Shown piece after piece: positions 24,801 to 36,162 of a stretch of 64,000 nt of DNA. The notes beneath the pieces were generated by a model. That model saw only the letters and a list, made by a program, of their open reading frames with translations, was not told the origin of the DNA and did not search any database. Origin of the DNA: Tubulanus polymorphus (lineage: Eukaryota > Animalia > Nemertea). Numbering within the stretch: the first letter of the stretch is position 1; every line of letters begins with the position of its first letter. Location of the stretch: the NCBI RefSeq assembly GCF_964204645.1, contig NC_134028.1:2480001-2544000 (forward strand), given 5' to 3'. The position numbers and the translations under genes were made by a program.

Positions 24801-27720
24801 AATAAGCAACTAGTTTTTTCACAGATATGACACCACCTTTACACCATGATTGGCTTTTCTTGCAATCAGTTCTAGCACAACTATTTACGTTCCTATTCCC
24901 CTCAAATTGGGAATCAAATACTTGAGAGATATTGACATGCGCATATTTATCAAGAACTTCAGGTTTGACTTGTCCATCCTCATTCAACACATCGAGCTTT
25001 TCGATACATAAATTTTTCAACGTTTTCAAGCGCATAGATTTCAAGGCGTGGTTATTTTCGAATTTTACTTCGATGCCATCTTGTGATGCGTTGGCTGAAA
25101 CTTCTTGATATAAATTGAAAGTCTCGTTATACACATCAACAGGCATAAAGGAGTACCGGTATCTACTCGGTGTAAACTCTCGCTTACTAAACATTTTATA
25201 GTAAGAAAATCGTTCGGAAAGTGAAGTGAATTTCCTACTCGGAGGATCCAGTTCTTGGATGAGTTCAATCGACTCTTTGACATCATCAATCACAGATTCA
25301 AAGCTCATATCCATTTTCCAATCATCAATAATTATGGACTTTTCGAGGTCACGCGCAATCTCCTGCGCCTGTACAAGTCCACATAGTACCTTTTCATTTT
25401 CTTCTTGAATTCTCGAAATGTAGTTACTTTTCAGATCTACTGGTACATTTACTTTTTCACTCACTTCTTTTTTTGAAGCTTTCTCTGATTTCTTGCCAGC
25501 ACTTTTATCAATACATCTTTTTACTTCTCGAACGTTTGGAATTTTCTTCGAAATTTTTGTCGATACTGATGTGTCTGTATTTCCTACACTGTCCGTGAAA
25601 CTGGAACTTTCAATACTATCACATCGTTGCCTCTTGGTTTTGTAGTTTTTACTTTTCTTTGAAGACGACCTTTTCCAGCGGCCATGTCGTGGAAGTTTTT
25701 TTTCGTGATGATAAAGCAAACTTCCCTCAGTGATGAAGACATGAACTTTGAATTGCTGAAGACATTCCGATGTAACCTTCACTATAGCATACGGCAAAAC
25801 CTGGCGAGGTCTTTCAACTAGCTTAACACCTTGGTCGTAGTCATATAGATAAACCTAAAAAACAAAAAATCAAGCATACCCGGTAATTTGGATGAGATAA
25901 TTCCAGATTTCGATCTATTCAGATATTATTTACAGTCCTCTTGTAACACATAAATGCATGAAGAACAATCATCTGCATTAACCCTTTCAGTGCTGATAAC
26001 AAATAATTACCCGAAAAGGGATGGGGATAATAACGAAGATGCACTGAAAGAGTTAAGCGGGTTCTCATGTTAATAATGATTTAGCCTATAACAGCAACAG
26101 ATAAAACGTTTATTACCGCTCCACTGACGACATGTTCATTACAAGTAGCATTTCGTTGAGAACTAATGTAGCTCACATGACAATCATATCCAATAGTTGG
26201 GAATGGAGAGTTGTATCTTCCGAAAGACGGTTTAACACGCATACGATGTCCAAACAATACCTGAAATTAAAATTAACCATCAAAGAATTGGCAAGTTTGA
26301 AACTAGGGCTGGGGCCGCAGGGAGATGCGTAGCTGTTTCTGATCACATATCACTAACTGTTCAGCTGCAGTCGGGAATGTCAGAAAAAATCCCCAAATCT
26401 TCAGAGTACAATTGGAGGTAACAAGTCCCCATTTTTGAGAACATTTCAAAGCAAGATATTTCTCCAATTCTATTCATCTGCAATATATTTGAACTGTGCA
26501 ATAAACTTTTTCGTTGCAATTAATTCTTGAATTAATTCTTAGAATCAAATGAATTGTTAGAATAAATAGAATTAATGAACTTTCTATTTGTTAAATTTGA
26601 ACCCAAATATTTATGAATTGTAAACTCTTTTCAACTTTAAGTATATTTCACAGTGCGATGTGAAAGATTATCAGAAATAATAGACATTTAATTTGAAATA
26701 TTTCAAATTTAAGTCGATTGATACAGGATTTTTTTGTGATAGCGGGATTTTTACCGCGTAACCAATGTCAGACCTTACCTTACAGATCAGCACATAAATA
26801 GGAGGCTCTTGTTTGTACATTTGCGCCATGTGCAAACACGTATCGAAATTCTGCATTAAAACTATTCCAAATTTCTTATCACCGAGACTATGATGATGAT
26901 TGTTGCTGCTAGTTTTCGCTGCGAGACCTGATCGGGCGATTGACTCGATTTCCTCAATACCGATACATCGGAATGCGTAATCGATATCCAACGATTCTTC
27001 GCTACAACCCTGAAACCAATCATAAGATAATTTAGAAGAACATGAATTTTAATGAGGATGTTTAACCCTTTCAGTGCCAACTATAAATCAATACTTGAAA
27101 GTACTGGACATGATTTGAAATTCCACCAGCCCGTTATAGCGGCCATAACGCTATATTGTCTGCGCATATTGTTAGTTACAATATTTCACTGTTTGTCATC
27201 AGGTGCTGCTATCTTTCAATAGTGATAGAAACTAATTACTAATAACATCCATACACCATGATGTGGTGTACTAGCAAAGTCCGTCACCACTGGGTGTACA
27301 TGCACTGAAAGGGTTAATGGGACACAAATTGCATTGGAAAATTTTTGTGACTTCATATAGATTTACCTGCGTATGCATTTCCCACAGTTTGACTTTGAAG
27401 TCATCGATAAGTTGTTGATTGTCCAAACCTATAACCGATGTTTCATGCCAACTGAAATCGGATTTTGGTACCGTCAGAAACTTTGATTTACAAATCGAAA
27501 GCACATTGAGAGCCGTTTTAGATTCTGATGGCAAATTCTCGATACGAATGCCAACTGAAATTACAGATAAATCATAATAAAGGCATAAGAAATCATGGTT
27601 CGCTAAACATGATAACTTGATAAATGATAGCAGTTTTGAGGAATAAATATTTAAGCAAAACTCACATTCATCAGGAAAATGACAGCTTAACGTTTTGTTT
27701 CCATCAGACTTTGCCATCAT
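21835..27720 (-). CDS. DUF3715 (TASOR/TEX15-type pseudo-PARP domain) protein with a long acidic/Ser-rich disordered C-terminus. Exons 27720-27666, 27554-27367, 27009-26779, 26260-26117, 25854-21835
   Basis: The spliced N-terminus has GCSEESLDIDYAF...SLGDKKFGIVL...ICKVLFG...PTIGYDCHVS...VYLYDYD...ERPRQVLPYAIV, which matches the DUF3715 motif pattern. The last exon is a ~4-kb open frame. Confidence 0.8.
25982..26052. mobile_element. piggyBac-type non-autonomous MITE (short copy), intronic
   Basis: TTAA|CCCTTTCAGTGC...GCACTGAAAGAG|TTAA, i.e. a TTAA TSD and a 12-bp TIR with one mismatch. Confidence 0.7.
27066..27313. mobile_element. piggyBac-type non-autonomous MITE (longer copy), intronic
   Basis: TTAA|CCCTTTCAGTGC...GCACTGAAAGGG|TTAA, with perfect 12-bp TIRs, CCC/GGG ends and a TTAA TSD. 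Confidence 0.78.
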
Positions 27721-29528
27721 CGCAAAATATAGTGATCCAGTTTTTTACATCAACAACATAACCGGGACGATATCTATCATATGTTAATTCCCTCAGCAGG
27801 CTGGGTAAACCCAAGACATCAAGGCCAACCCGACATCAGTATGCTATAACAATAAATGCAAATTCTTACTATATATTATCAATATTTTCATATGTAATTA
27901 CTATTCAGTGTCACTCATCTTATGCATGTACAAACTCTGTGGGTTCTTATAATGTAATATACTTAAATCTTGGATGATAACATATGATAAAAATAAAATT
28001 ACTAATATCGAAGGCCAAATCATCCATGAGCAACGGGTGGGTGCATAATTTTGTTGAATGATAATGCTGAATATACTTTAATAAGAGAGTAGGCCTACTA
28101 CCACACTAAAATTAGGTTTTCTTTCTACATTAAGCAGGATCGTCGGAGCAGGAGGCAATTAGTAATCTGCCTCTCGCTCAGACGGGCCTGCTTACGTAGA
28201 AGCAAAGGCGTAGTAAGCAGGTAAAAGTAGCCGCGAGGCCTGGGTCCATTCTCGAACGATTCGAACACGAAGACCCTACCGCCGCCCCCAGTCTTCTTGT
28301 TCCGACGACGTGCATGCTCTAATCTAAGAAATTGGAATCGAAACGAACAATCTAAATTCAGACCTACCCCTTCTTCTCAAGGGCAAGCCATACACACATA
28401 AATAGCCCTGTGGCTGTGCAATCAAATGACAGACATTGAAAAATCGGGGATATTTTGATTTTCAAGTCACACGTGGTCACCTCCACAAACAATCACTTCA
28501 TCACGCGCAGAATTCACTCTCCGTAACCGGATAAACGTCTCCAACCATTTCACATTACTCAAATCCTGCTGTGAATACCGCCATGTAGGTTCGAATCCAC
28601 AATAATTTTCGTCGCGACACTTCCATAGCGGCTGGATTAGAGTTGAATAAACCAACCAATGATATGAAAAACCAATGATTGAAATACTTTGTTGAAGATT
28701 GCTTCAAATAACCATAAATACTTTTATTTTTTCTCATAAAATTCCATTGTTCACTAGTGTAAAATATATCTTAACAGTTTGATAAATCCTTGGTTACTTA
28801 TCACATGTCAATCAGCAGTTTATTTAATGGACGGACATATATTACCATTATAAAGTGTTTCAGCTCCAAAAATATCTACCAAACAAACCTATAATGTACA
28901 AGTGCATGAATTTGTGGAGCGATTTAATTTTGTGGTGCACTGTTCATCAAGAATAAGTACAAAACTCTCAAATTTCACACAAGAGTAGCAAGATGGCCAT
29001 ACAAACCATAATACTACAGCTTCGATTCTAATGGGCTTACAATTTTTCGAAAGTACCGACTGTTTGATTGTCAAAGAAATCTTGACTATATATATAAGAT
29101 ATATCTTTCATCTAAATGGAAAATCCATCCATAGGAAATGTGATGATGCGCTTGACATATGAAAAAATCGATATAATCTAAAAAAAAATCCCAATAATGT
29201 AGTAGGCCTATCACAAAATTGTCAATGGACGGAGCTGCTGCTGTTTATACGTTTGACAATACATTAACCGTACATCGATATGCAGTGAAAATAATACATT
29301 TTTGGAACTCTTGTAAAAGCATATTACAAACTTAGTAAGATTAAATTTGTCGGTACTCTGATCATAATAGTGTCTACATGTAAACCTAACTGAAACATTC
29401 CAATTAACATCGACAGAGAAAAATACTTACAATTACAAGTAATACTTCAATAATATATATGTACAACTAACAATATTTAAACGAACGCAACAAAGGAAAA
29501 TAGTCATGGGTACGGCTGGTTTTAAAGT

Positions 29529-32500
29529 CTATTTAGTAAGTGAGTGGGCTTTCATTTTTTCGGCATACTCATAAATCAACTGACAAAACGCGATATAATT
29601 GACGTCGTCTTTTCCGCCGACTTTCTGGTCGAATTTCTGGTACAAAAGGCCGAACTCCTGCTGGCTAACGAGGCCTCCTAGCTCGAGTTCGCTGAGAACG
29701 CGGTGGAATTGTGACCTCGATACGGTGCCGTTGTGTACGCGGTCGTAATCTTCAAACAGCGGGAATAATTGCATCCGTTGTTTGCCCACCTAATGAAAGA
29801 AACGATATTCTAGATTTGAATATGTAGGTCAGCATTTTCTTTTTCATACAAAAAGTAAATCCGAATAATGCGCAATGAACAATACTTTATCAGGGTGGCC
29901 CACTTTCCCCAAGTTTCCGGGAGAATTTGTCAAAATTCCCAGATTTTCTCTAGATTTTTGTGATTCCCGAAGTTTTCTAGGTTTCCCAGGTGAGTGGCCA
30001 CCCTGTGTGTACACACGTTTCAATACTGACCTTCTCGGCGAGTCGTTCCATGCACTTTTGGAACATTTCATCGGCTCCTTGCGGCAGTGAATTCTGTTCC
30101 CACTCGACGGGTGGTTTAAATTGAACTGGTTGGCTTAACGGCGACTTCTCTAAATCTTTCATCGTGAATATAGATTCAATTTCGTCGGAGAAAGCCCGGT
30201 AGTCGACATAATCCATATGATTCGGCGATTCAAATCTGTGGAAATCAGATGAGAGATATTTTCAATAATTTCTAACTTCAGTGAATTCAATAGATAAACT
30301 GAATAATAGATTTGAAGATTTGTGTAGGAGCGGTGTTAACCTGGTGTAGCATAAATAAAGGACGGATAGTACTTTATAGGTTAACTAGTTTACTAGTGTA
30401 TCAGTTGCTTCATCAGGTGAATAACTCATTCACCCGATGAAGCTGCTACATTAGTAGAGAAAGCTCGTACTTCAAATAAACGAGTTAACCTATAAGGTAC
30501 TTTGATAGTTATAGTCAATCATGCAAAGCTCTAAAATTGTGGTAACTCGTACGCCATTGTCAATAATGAACTGTTATCATCAAGTTGGCATTGTTTTGAT
30601 CAATACTTTATAAAGTACTCAATTTGTAGCGGTATGATATCTAAAGGTGTCTCAAAAGATTAACATCACTGATATATCATTTCACTTACCGATCTTCAAG
30701 AAGAGCGCATTCAGACTCTGTCAATTCAAATCTACACAAATCTAAAGCTCTCCTAAACGACGTCTTCAACACTCGCCCCGAATTCAGTTTATCGAAATCT
30801 TTCATGAATTCCAACACTCTTACTCTCTCTTTGAAAACCTAACGAAATAAGCACATTAATTATAGGAATAGCGCGACAATGGATGAAAAGGTTTGGCAGG
30901 AAAGAATTGCTTCAGAAATACATGTATAAGTAGAAAGTACCTTCGTTTTAATCTTGCAGAGTACACCCTCGACATCAGTAGCAGGGGAATGTTCGGGTAG
31001 TTTGCCTTTCATGTTTGCCGAGCGTATGTCCTTCAATCGTTCGACGTACATTAGCTTCGGGGGTTCTTTTGGTTCCAGTTCGTTCAGGAAACGAAGATAG
31101 TTAAAACCGGTATCGTTGCAGAACTTCGCCTCCAATGCGGCCATCTCGGCGGCGTTAGTGTGAAGCTCTAACATAGTCAAACATTGGCAGAATTGTTGAC
31201 GAGTGACATAGCCATTGTTGTGCCTAATAATAGATTCCAACGCAAAATACATAACAGTAATACGAAATGATGAGGTGATACGATTTTCCTTTAGAAAATC
31301 AACATTTTTTTAATCGAAATTCATCGAATTTCTTTCTTACTTATCAAAATCTTGGAACACCGGTTTAGCGAGAACTCGTCTTTCAGCGGCGCGCTGTTTC
31401 AAACGATGCATTGTTTGATCGAATAAATCTTTATGATCTGCCGACGCATTTCGCCAGTCGACCGTCCCTGGTTTCGGCACGCGAAATATCTCTTGTGCCG
31501 GCACAACATGACACGGGTTCTTCTCTAAGTTAGGCTGCGTAAAAACTGTAATGAAGAATGTCAAACCATCAAGAAATTTGAGATTTTCCATAATCTCCCA
31601 AGTAATTAGGTATGGCACTGCTGCCATCGAAAATGTGGTCCGATTGAATTCAATTCGGGAATTTGAAAAATACGCACCACTTTCAACATCAACGAGAAAC
31701 TTATTCCAGTAAACTTGATCTGGTTTCGAGGGGCAGTTGTAATGTTTACAGAGCAGATCGAATTGTTTTCTGGTAAGATCGTGGTGACCGAGTTTGTCGA
31801 GTCCGAGAAGAGAGAGGCCACGTCTGAAGCGAGTTATGCTGATCAAACCGCTGCGAAGCTGATCAAAATCTTCGAAGAATTCTGACACCTGAAAAATTAC
31901 AAATGACATCGTGAATACTTCAGCTCAGAAAAATGGTAAATTAGTCAACCTGCGCTAAAAATGAGCTTGGGTAAATTTAAAAAACAATTAATAAATTTTT
32001 TCAATCATTTTCATTCAGTTAAACCGACAACAAGACTTATTTCAAGTTTGATCCTTTTATATCGAATAAATCTATATTTATAGTTTTTTGTGACCGAACT
32101 TACCCGAAGTCGATTGACAAGAACGTGGTGCCTGATACGAGCCATTAGTTCATCGATTGTTACGTTATCTCCGACCGTTTCGAGCAAAACGCGTTCGTTT
32201 CCGGCTGTTTGCGCGCGTTGCGAAGACGACATATCCATCGGTTTCGTTCTCGATCCAGACACGGCGGCGGTCTTCGCCCTGTTATCCGAACTATCGACAA
32301 CAAATCCGACGAAATCTATAAAAATATCAATGGTTACATTTATACGTACGAAGATCATCTTCACAATGTTTGGCTTCATCAAACACTATTCTACGTACTA
32401 GGATCAATAGCTTGAACAAAGGCCGGATAATTAACATCTCCTGAAACTGGCTCGGCGAACATTTTACACAGTAATTTGAAGTCTTCAGGCCCGACGCTTA

Positions 32501-35052
32501 AACTCAAGAAATGTAATACTCGTTCGAACTGCGACTGCGTCACTTTACGCGAATGTCCTTTACCCTGTAAGTAATGAAACACTGATTTAGGAAATAAGGT
32601 CGGAGGCGTTTGAAAGAATGTCGACATTAATCAAACTGGCGTACCCGATCGAAATCTTTAAAATATTCGTACATCATAGGTCTTCGTTTTTTGACTTGGT
32701 CAGTCAGTTCGGCGAGCACTTTCAATACGCGTTTTTCATCATCTTCCGGCAGTTGGTTCAGCGTCTAAAAGAACAAACAATATCGTATTGTTACAAATAA
32801 AATATCGTATTCTTTTTACATCGAAGCAATTGAAGAAAAGGTTTCGTAATCGATACAAAACAGAATTTGATCTTACCCTTCCTAAAGCTCCGCGAGGTGG
32901 TCTTACTACTTCGGTGGTTGGATTTTTCTCGAGATTAGGAACATTAAAAGCTACAACCAAATGAATCAGAATGTCAATAAAATGTAACATTTTTTTCAAA
33001 TATAGACCTAAGCGTTGGTTTCACAGGATTTTGTGAAATGCTTCAATTTTACTAACCATTTTCCATATAATCGCAGAACTCTTTGTAACGCACACGGCCA
33101 TCGGGATTCTTGTAAAATTCGCACACTTTCTGTATTTCATGCCGGTTCAGATGAGCTTCCTTACCAGCAGCTGCTGATAAACCGCAAACGAACTGATTTT
33201 CAGTGATCAGTCCACTTCTCAGTTTATCGTGATCTCGGAAAAATTCGGTTGTGCGAACTCGACATTTAAACACGGCGATTCGAATCTTGTCTAAAATTGC
33301 TTGTAAAGGTTTATCAGCTAACGGCTACAGAAGAAATATTATACACAGTTTGTTAAATCTACATTCTGTCAATCAAAAAAAGAATAAGATTATTCGTCAA
33401 AATTATTTTCAGACGAAAAGATATGAGATTGACTTTTCACAGTGTCTGGTATAGTTTTTAAAATAGATTTTTATTGAAAAGTTTTTCATTTTCATTCATT
33501 TTCGTTTTTCATTCATCAAATGGAATCAATTACTTACTGTACTCGGTAAGTACGCAGATATGTTCGTAGCTTGTGGCATTTGTAAAGGTTTCCTGTTCTG
33601 GCGTTCTGCTAACGCGACGAGGTCGTGATTCAAATTCAAATAGTTCAGCAATCCTGGACGATCGGGATCGCGATATTTATCGACTAGTAATTGCATTTCG
33701 GTCTCAGTGACATCCGGCGGTCCGGGGAAATTTCGGTAAAACTAATAAAAACAAATTCGTAATGCTTATATTAATATCTATCGAAACAGGTATTTTACAG
33801 AAAACCTCGCATTACTCGGACATGGCTAGCTCAGACTTTTTACTAACTAGGACAAAAATTGAATCATTTTTCTGAATTTCTTATATCCTAAACTCGGACT
33901 TTGCTTACCACAGACCAAATGTGTCTAACCCCAAGACAAGATTTTACTATTAACCTGTCTTTCAGATATGATATCTATATTCAACAAGTAATTCATGAAG
34001 GCCCTATATTATTTTTGTTAGAATAGATGTAGTACATGTATAATGCCTAGTTACCTGACTTTCAGTTACGACACCAATATGATGTTTGTCAAAATCTTGG
34101 TAAGACGTGCACAAAATGATCCCGTGATAATCGTAATGCGCTTGCATTTTCAACAGCAGCTTTTCAATTTGTGCCTCATCTGCACGCGGTAATGGCAAGA
34201 CGGAACGTTCAGTTCCCAAGCTGCAAGTATGAAATAGCCGTAAAATTATCAACGTGGAGATACAAGTCCTACAGCAGTATGTTGAAACTTCAAACAATTG
34301 GTTAGTAAACTTGAATTTCAAGGACTTGTTGAATACATTCTAAATGAATTGTCATCAAACTACAATGCAGTTTTCTAAACTCAGTTGTTTAAACTAGCTC
34401 TACTTACAATTCTCTAGGCTCCACTTTCTGTGTTGCTGGATCATTTTTCAAATCATTGGCATTAAAGCATTTATCAATATTCCCACAGAAATCTTGATAG
34501 TTCAATCGTCCATTTCTGTGCGTGTCATACTTTTCAGCGAAATCCCGCTCTTCCTCCGGAGTCATTTTGATGCCCAAGTTTTGGTGCAATGTTCGAAAGA
34601 ACTGCGTTTCTAAACAGATAATTGAATTCAGATTAGCTTGTTTTTACATTGTTGTGGCAACAAAACTACTACGACCAGTGAGGATCTGCCAGATTATCTA
34701 TGTTCAATCAAGATTGATCTAACGTTGTCAATAACTTGGTGGTAATAATGATAACTTGGTGGCTTGAATGATAATATTTGTGTTTGAGAGTATGAAAATA
34801 CAGTTCTGTTATTTACAATAAGCTGGTGCACCACGCCAATGTTTAAAGATATGTGTGTCCGAGTGATGACTTACTTGTAACGTAGCCCGATCTCAACTTG
34901 TCATAGTCGTGGAAATACTGTTTGACCTGAATTCGGTTGGTTTGACATTTTGTACGAATCAAATCTTCCAATTGTGTCACATTTGTAGAGTTAGGGTGGA
35001 AATGAGATCCATTGCGCAAAAAAGAAGGCACCTGTTGCACTACGGCAGCCAT
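29529..35052 (-). CDS. Multi-EF-hand repeat protein (EFCAB6/FAP115-like axonemal type), about 13-14 exons
   Basis: Repeated units of the form RIxVxxFFxDxDKLRSGxVTxxQF...G.VNYxxF (DYDKLRSG, DHDKLRSG, DFDQLRSG, DYDRVHNG) lie across GT-AG-bounded exons. Start MAAVVQQVP, stop at 29529. Confidence 0.8.
29891..30005. mobile_element. Short intronic MITE with CAGGGTGGCC TIRs
   Basis: CAGGGTGGCCCAC at 29891 and GTGGCCACCCTG ending at 30005, with internal TTTTC(C/T)C subrepeats. No clear TSD. Confidence 0.6.
30369..30500. repeat. Intronic ~130-bp palindromic element with degenerate hammerhead-like cores
   Basis: Outer arms GTACTTTATAGGTTAACTAGTTTA / TAAACGAGTTAACCTATAAGGTAC (2 mismatches). Inner arms GCTTCATCAGGTGAAT / ATTCACCCGATGAAGC. 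Confidence 0.65.
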
Positions 35053-35583
35053 ATCACTTTCCAAGTCTAGAATTTAAGAAATCGATCAAATAATTAATCA
35101 ACAGCCTGAAAAGCTGAATAGAAGCATTAGGCCTTTAAGAATCTATGATAATAATCTAGGCCTATGCCTTCTCCAGTCCAGGATCCACACTGATCACAGG
35201 AAGTCTGACTCAATCATGATTTATTTGTAGAAATCTAAAAAAATTAAATGTCATTTTTTATTGTTGAACCAGGTAAAATAAAATTATAAAGAAGACAATT
35301 AAACATAAAAACAACAACACAGTTATGTTACACTGTTTGTTGTTGGCAATGTTGTACGTGACGTGTGTGTTTGTTGTTGGCGAAGCGAAGAAGTAAACAA
35401 ACAGTTCTTAAAAAAATTAAAACTCCACAAAAAGGTGACCAAAAAGAGCCAAGACATAGGAAATTCATTCCCGCAAAGGTTTAAAAATCAACAACTTACG
35501 CTATTTTTTCTGTGAACCAAATCCGATCACAACCGATAGCTTAGCTAGCAGAACGCTGTAACTGTCATGAAAGGTTGTTGTAC

Positions 35584-35596
35584 GTAACCTAGCGAC
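35584..35596 (-). promoter_or_regulatory. RFX X-box upstream of the EF-hand gene
   Basis: GTAACCTAGCGAC (reverse complement GTCGCTAGGTTAC) matches the 13-bp X-box consensus. It lies ~85 bp upstream of a likely non-coding first-exon donor (GTAAGT near 35499). Confidence 0.55.
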
Positions 35597-36162
35597 AATA
35601 AACAACAGTAGCGCCGCCTAGTGTGCAACACTTCCCGCGGTATAAATTACAATTTACAAAGGCTATATTCCTCTAACAGGAAGATTAATTCATAAAAAAA
35701 GAGACCGAGCTTGTTTACTTCTTCGAATTAAAGGAAATGGATGACCATACTATGGAATACTCACAGTGATAAACATAAATTTAATCTATAAATTCAATTT
35801 ATTGCCTCGCCTAAGCGCTCTGCGACCTTGAAAAAACAGTGTTACGGAGTTGCCGGTCAAGGTACTGAACAGGTCGTGGCACCGGCCTCAGAACCGGACG
35901 TTTCAACTTCTTGGTGTCAAGATACTGGTAATGTGTCCGTTGCACATATATTTGCTGGCGCAGGGAATAATATTCATTTGAGCCGTAGCCTACTTGCCCT
36001 ATAGGTCTAATATCTCCTTTAAAAAAACAAAGATAAATTTTCTTTCTTAGGACAGGCAGCGTATCTTTTATTTGAGAAAAATTGCACGAAAGTACACTGA
36101 CGATTACGGTGATGTCACTTCGAGAGAATAGATCTTAATAAGATTTTAAAGGCGAATACTAT

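Noticed and set aside
22361-25408. Several short ORFs overlapping the 1320-aa ORF
   Set aside because: They are alternate-frame or antisense by-products of the long coding exon.
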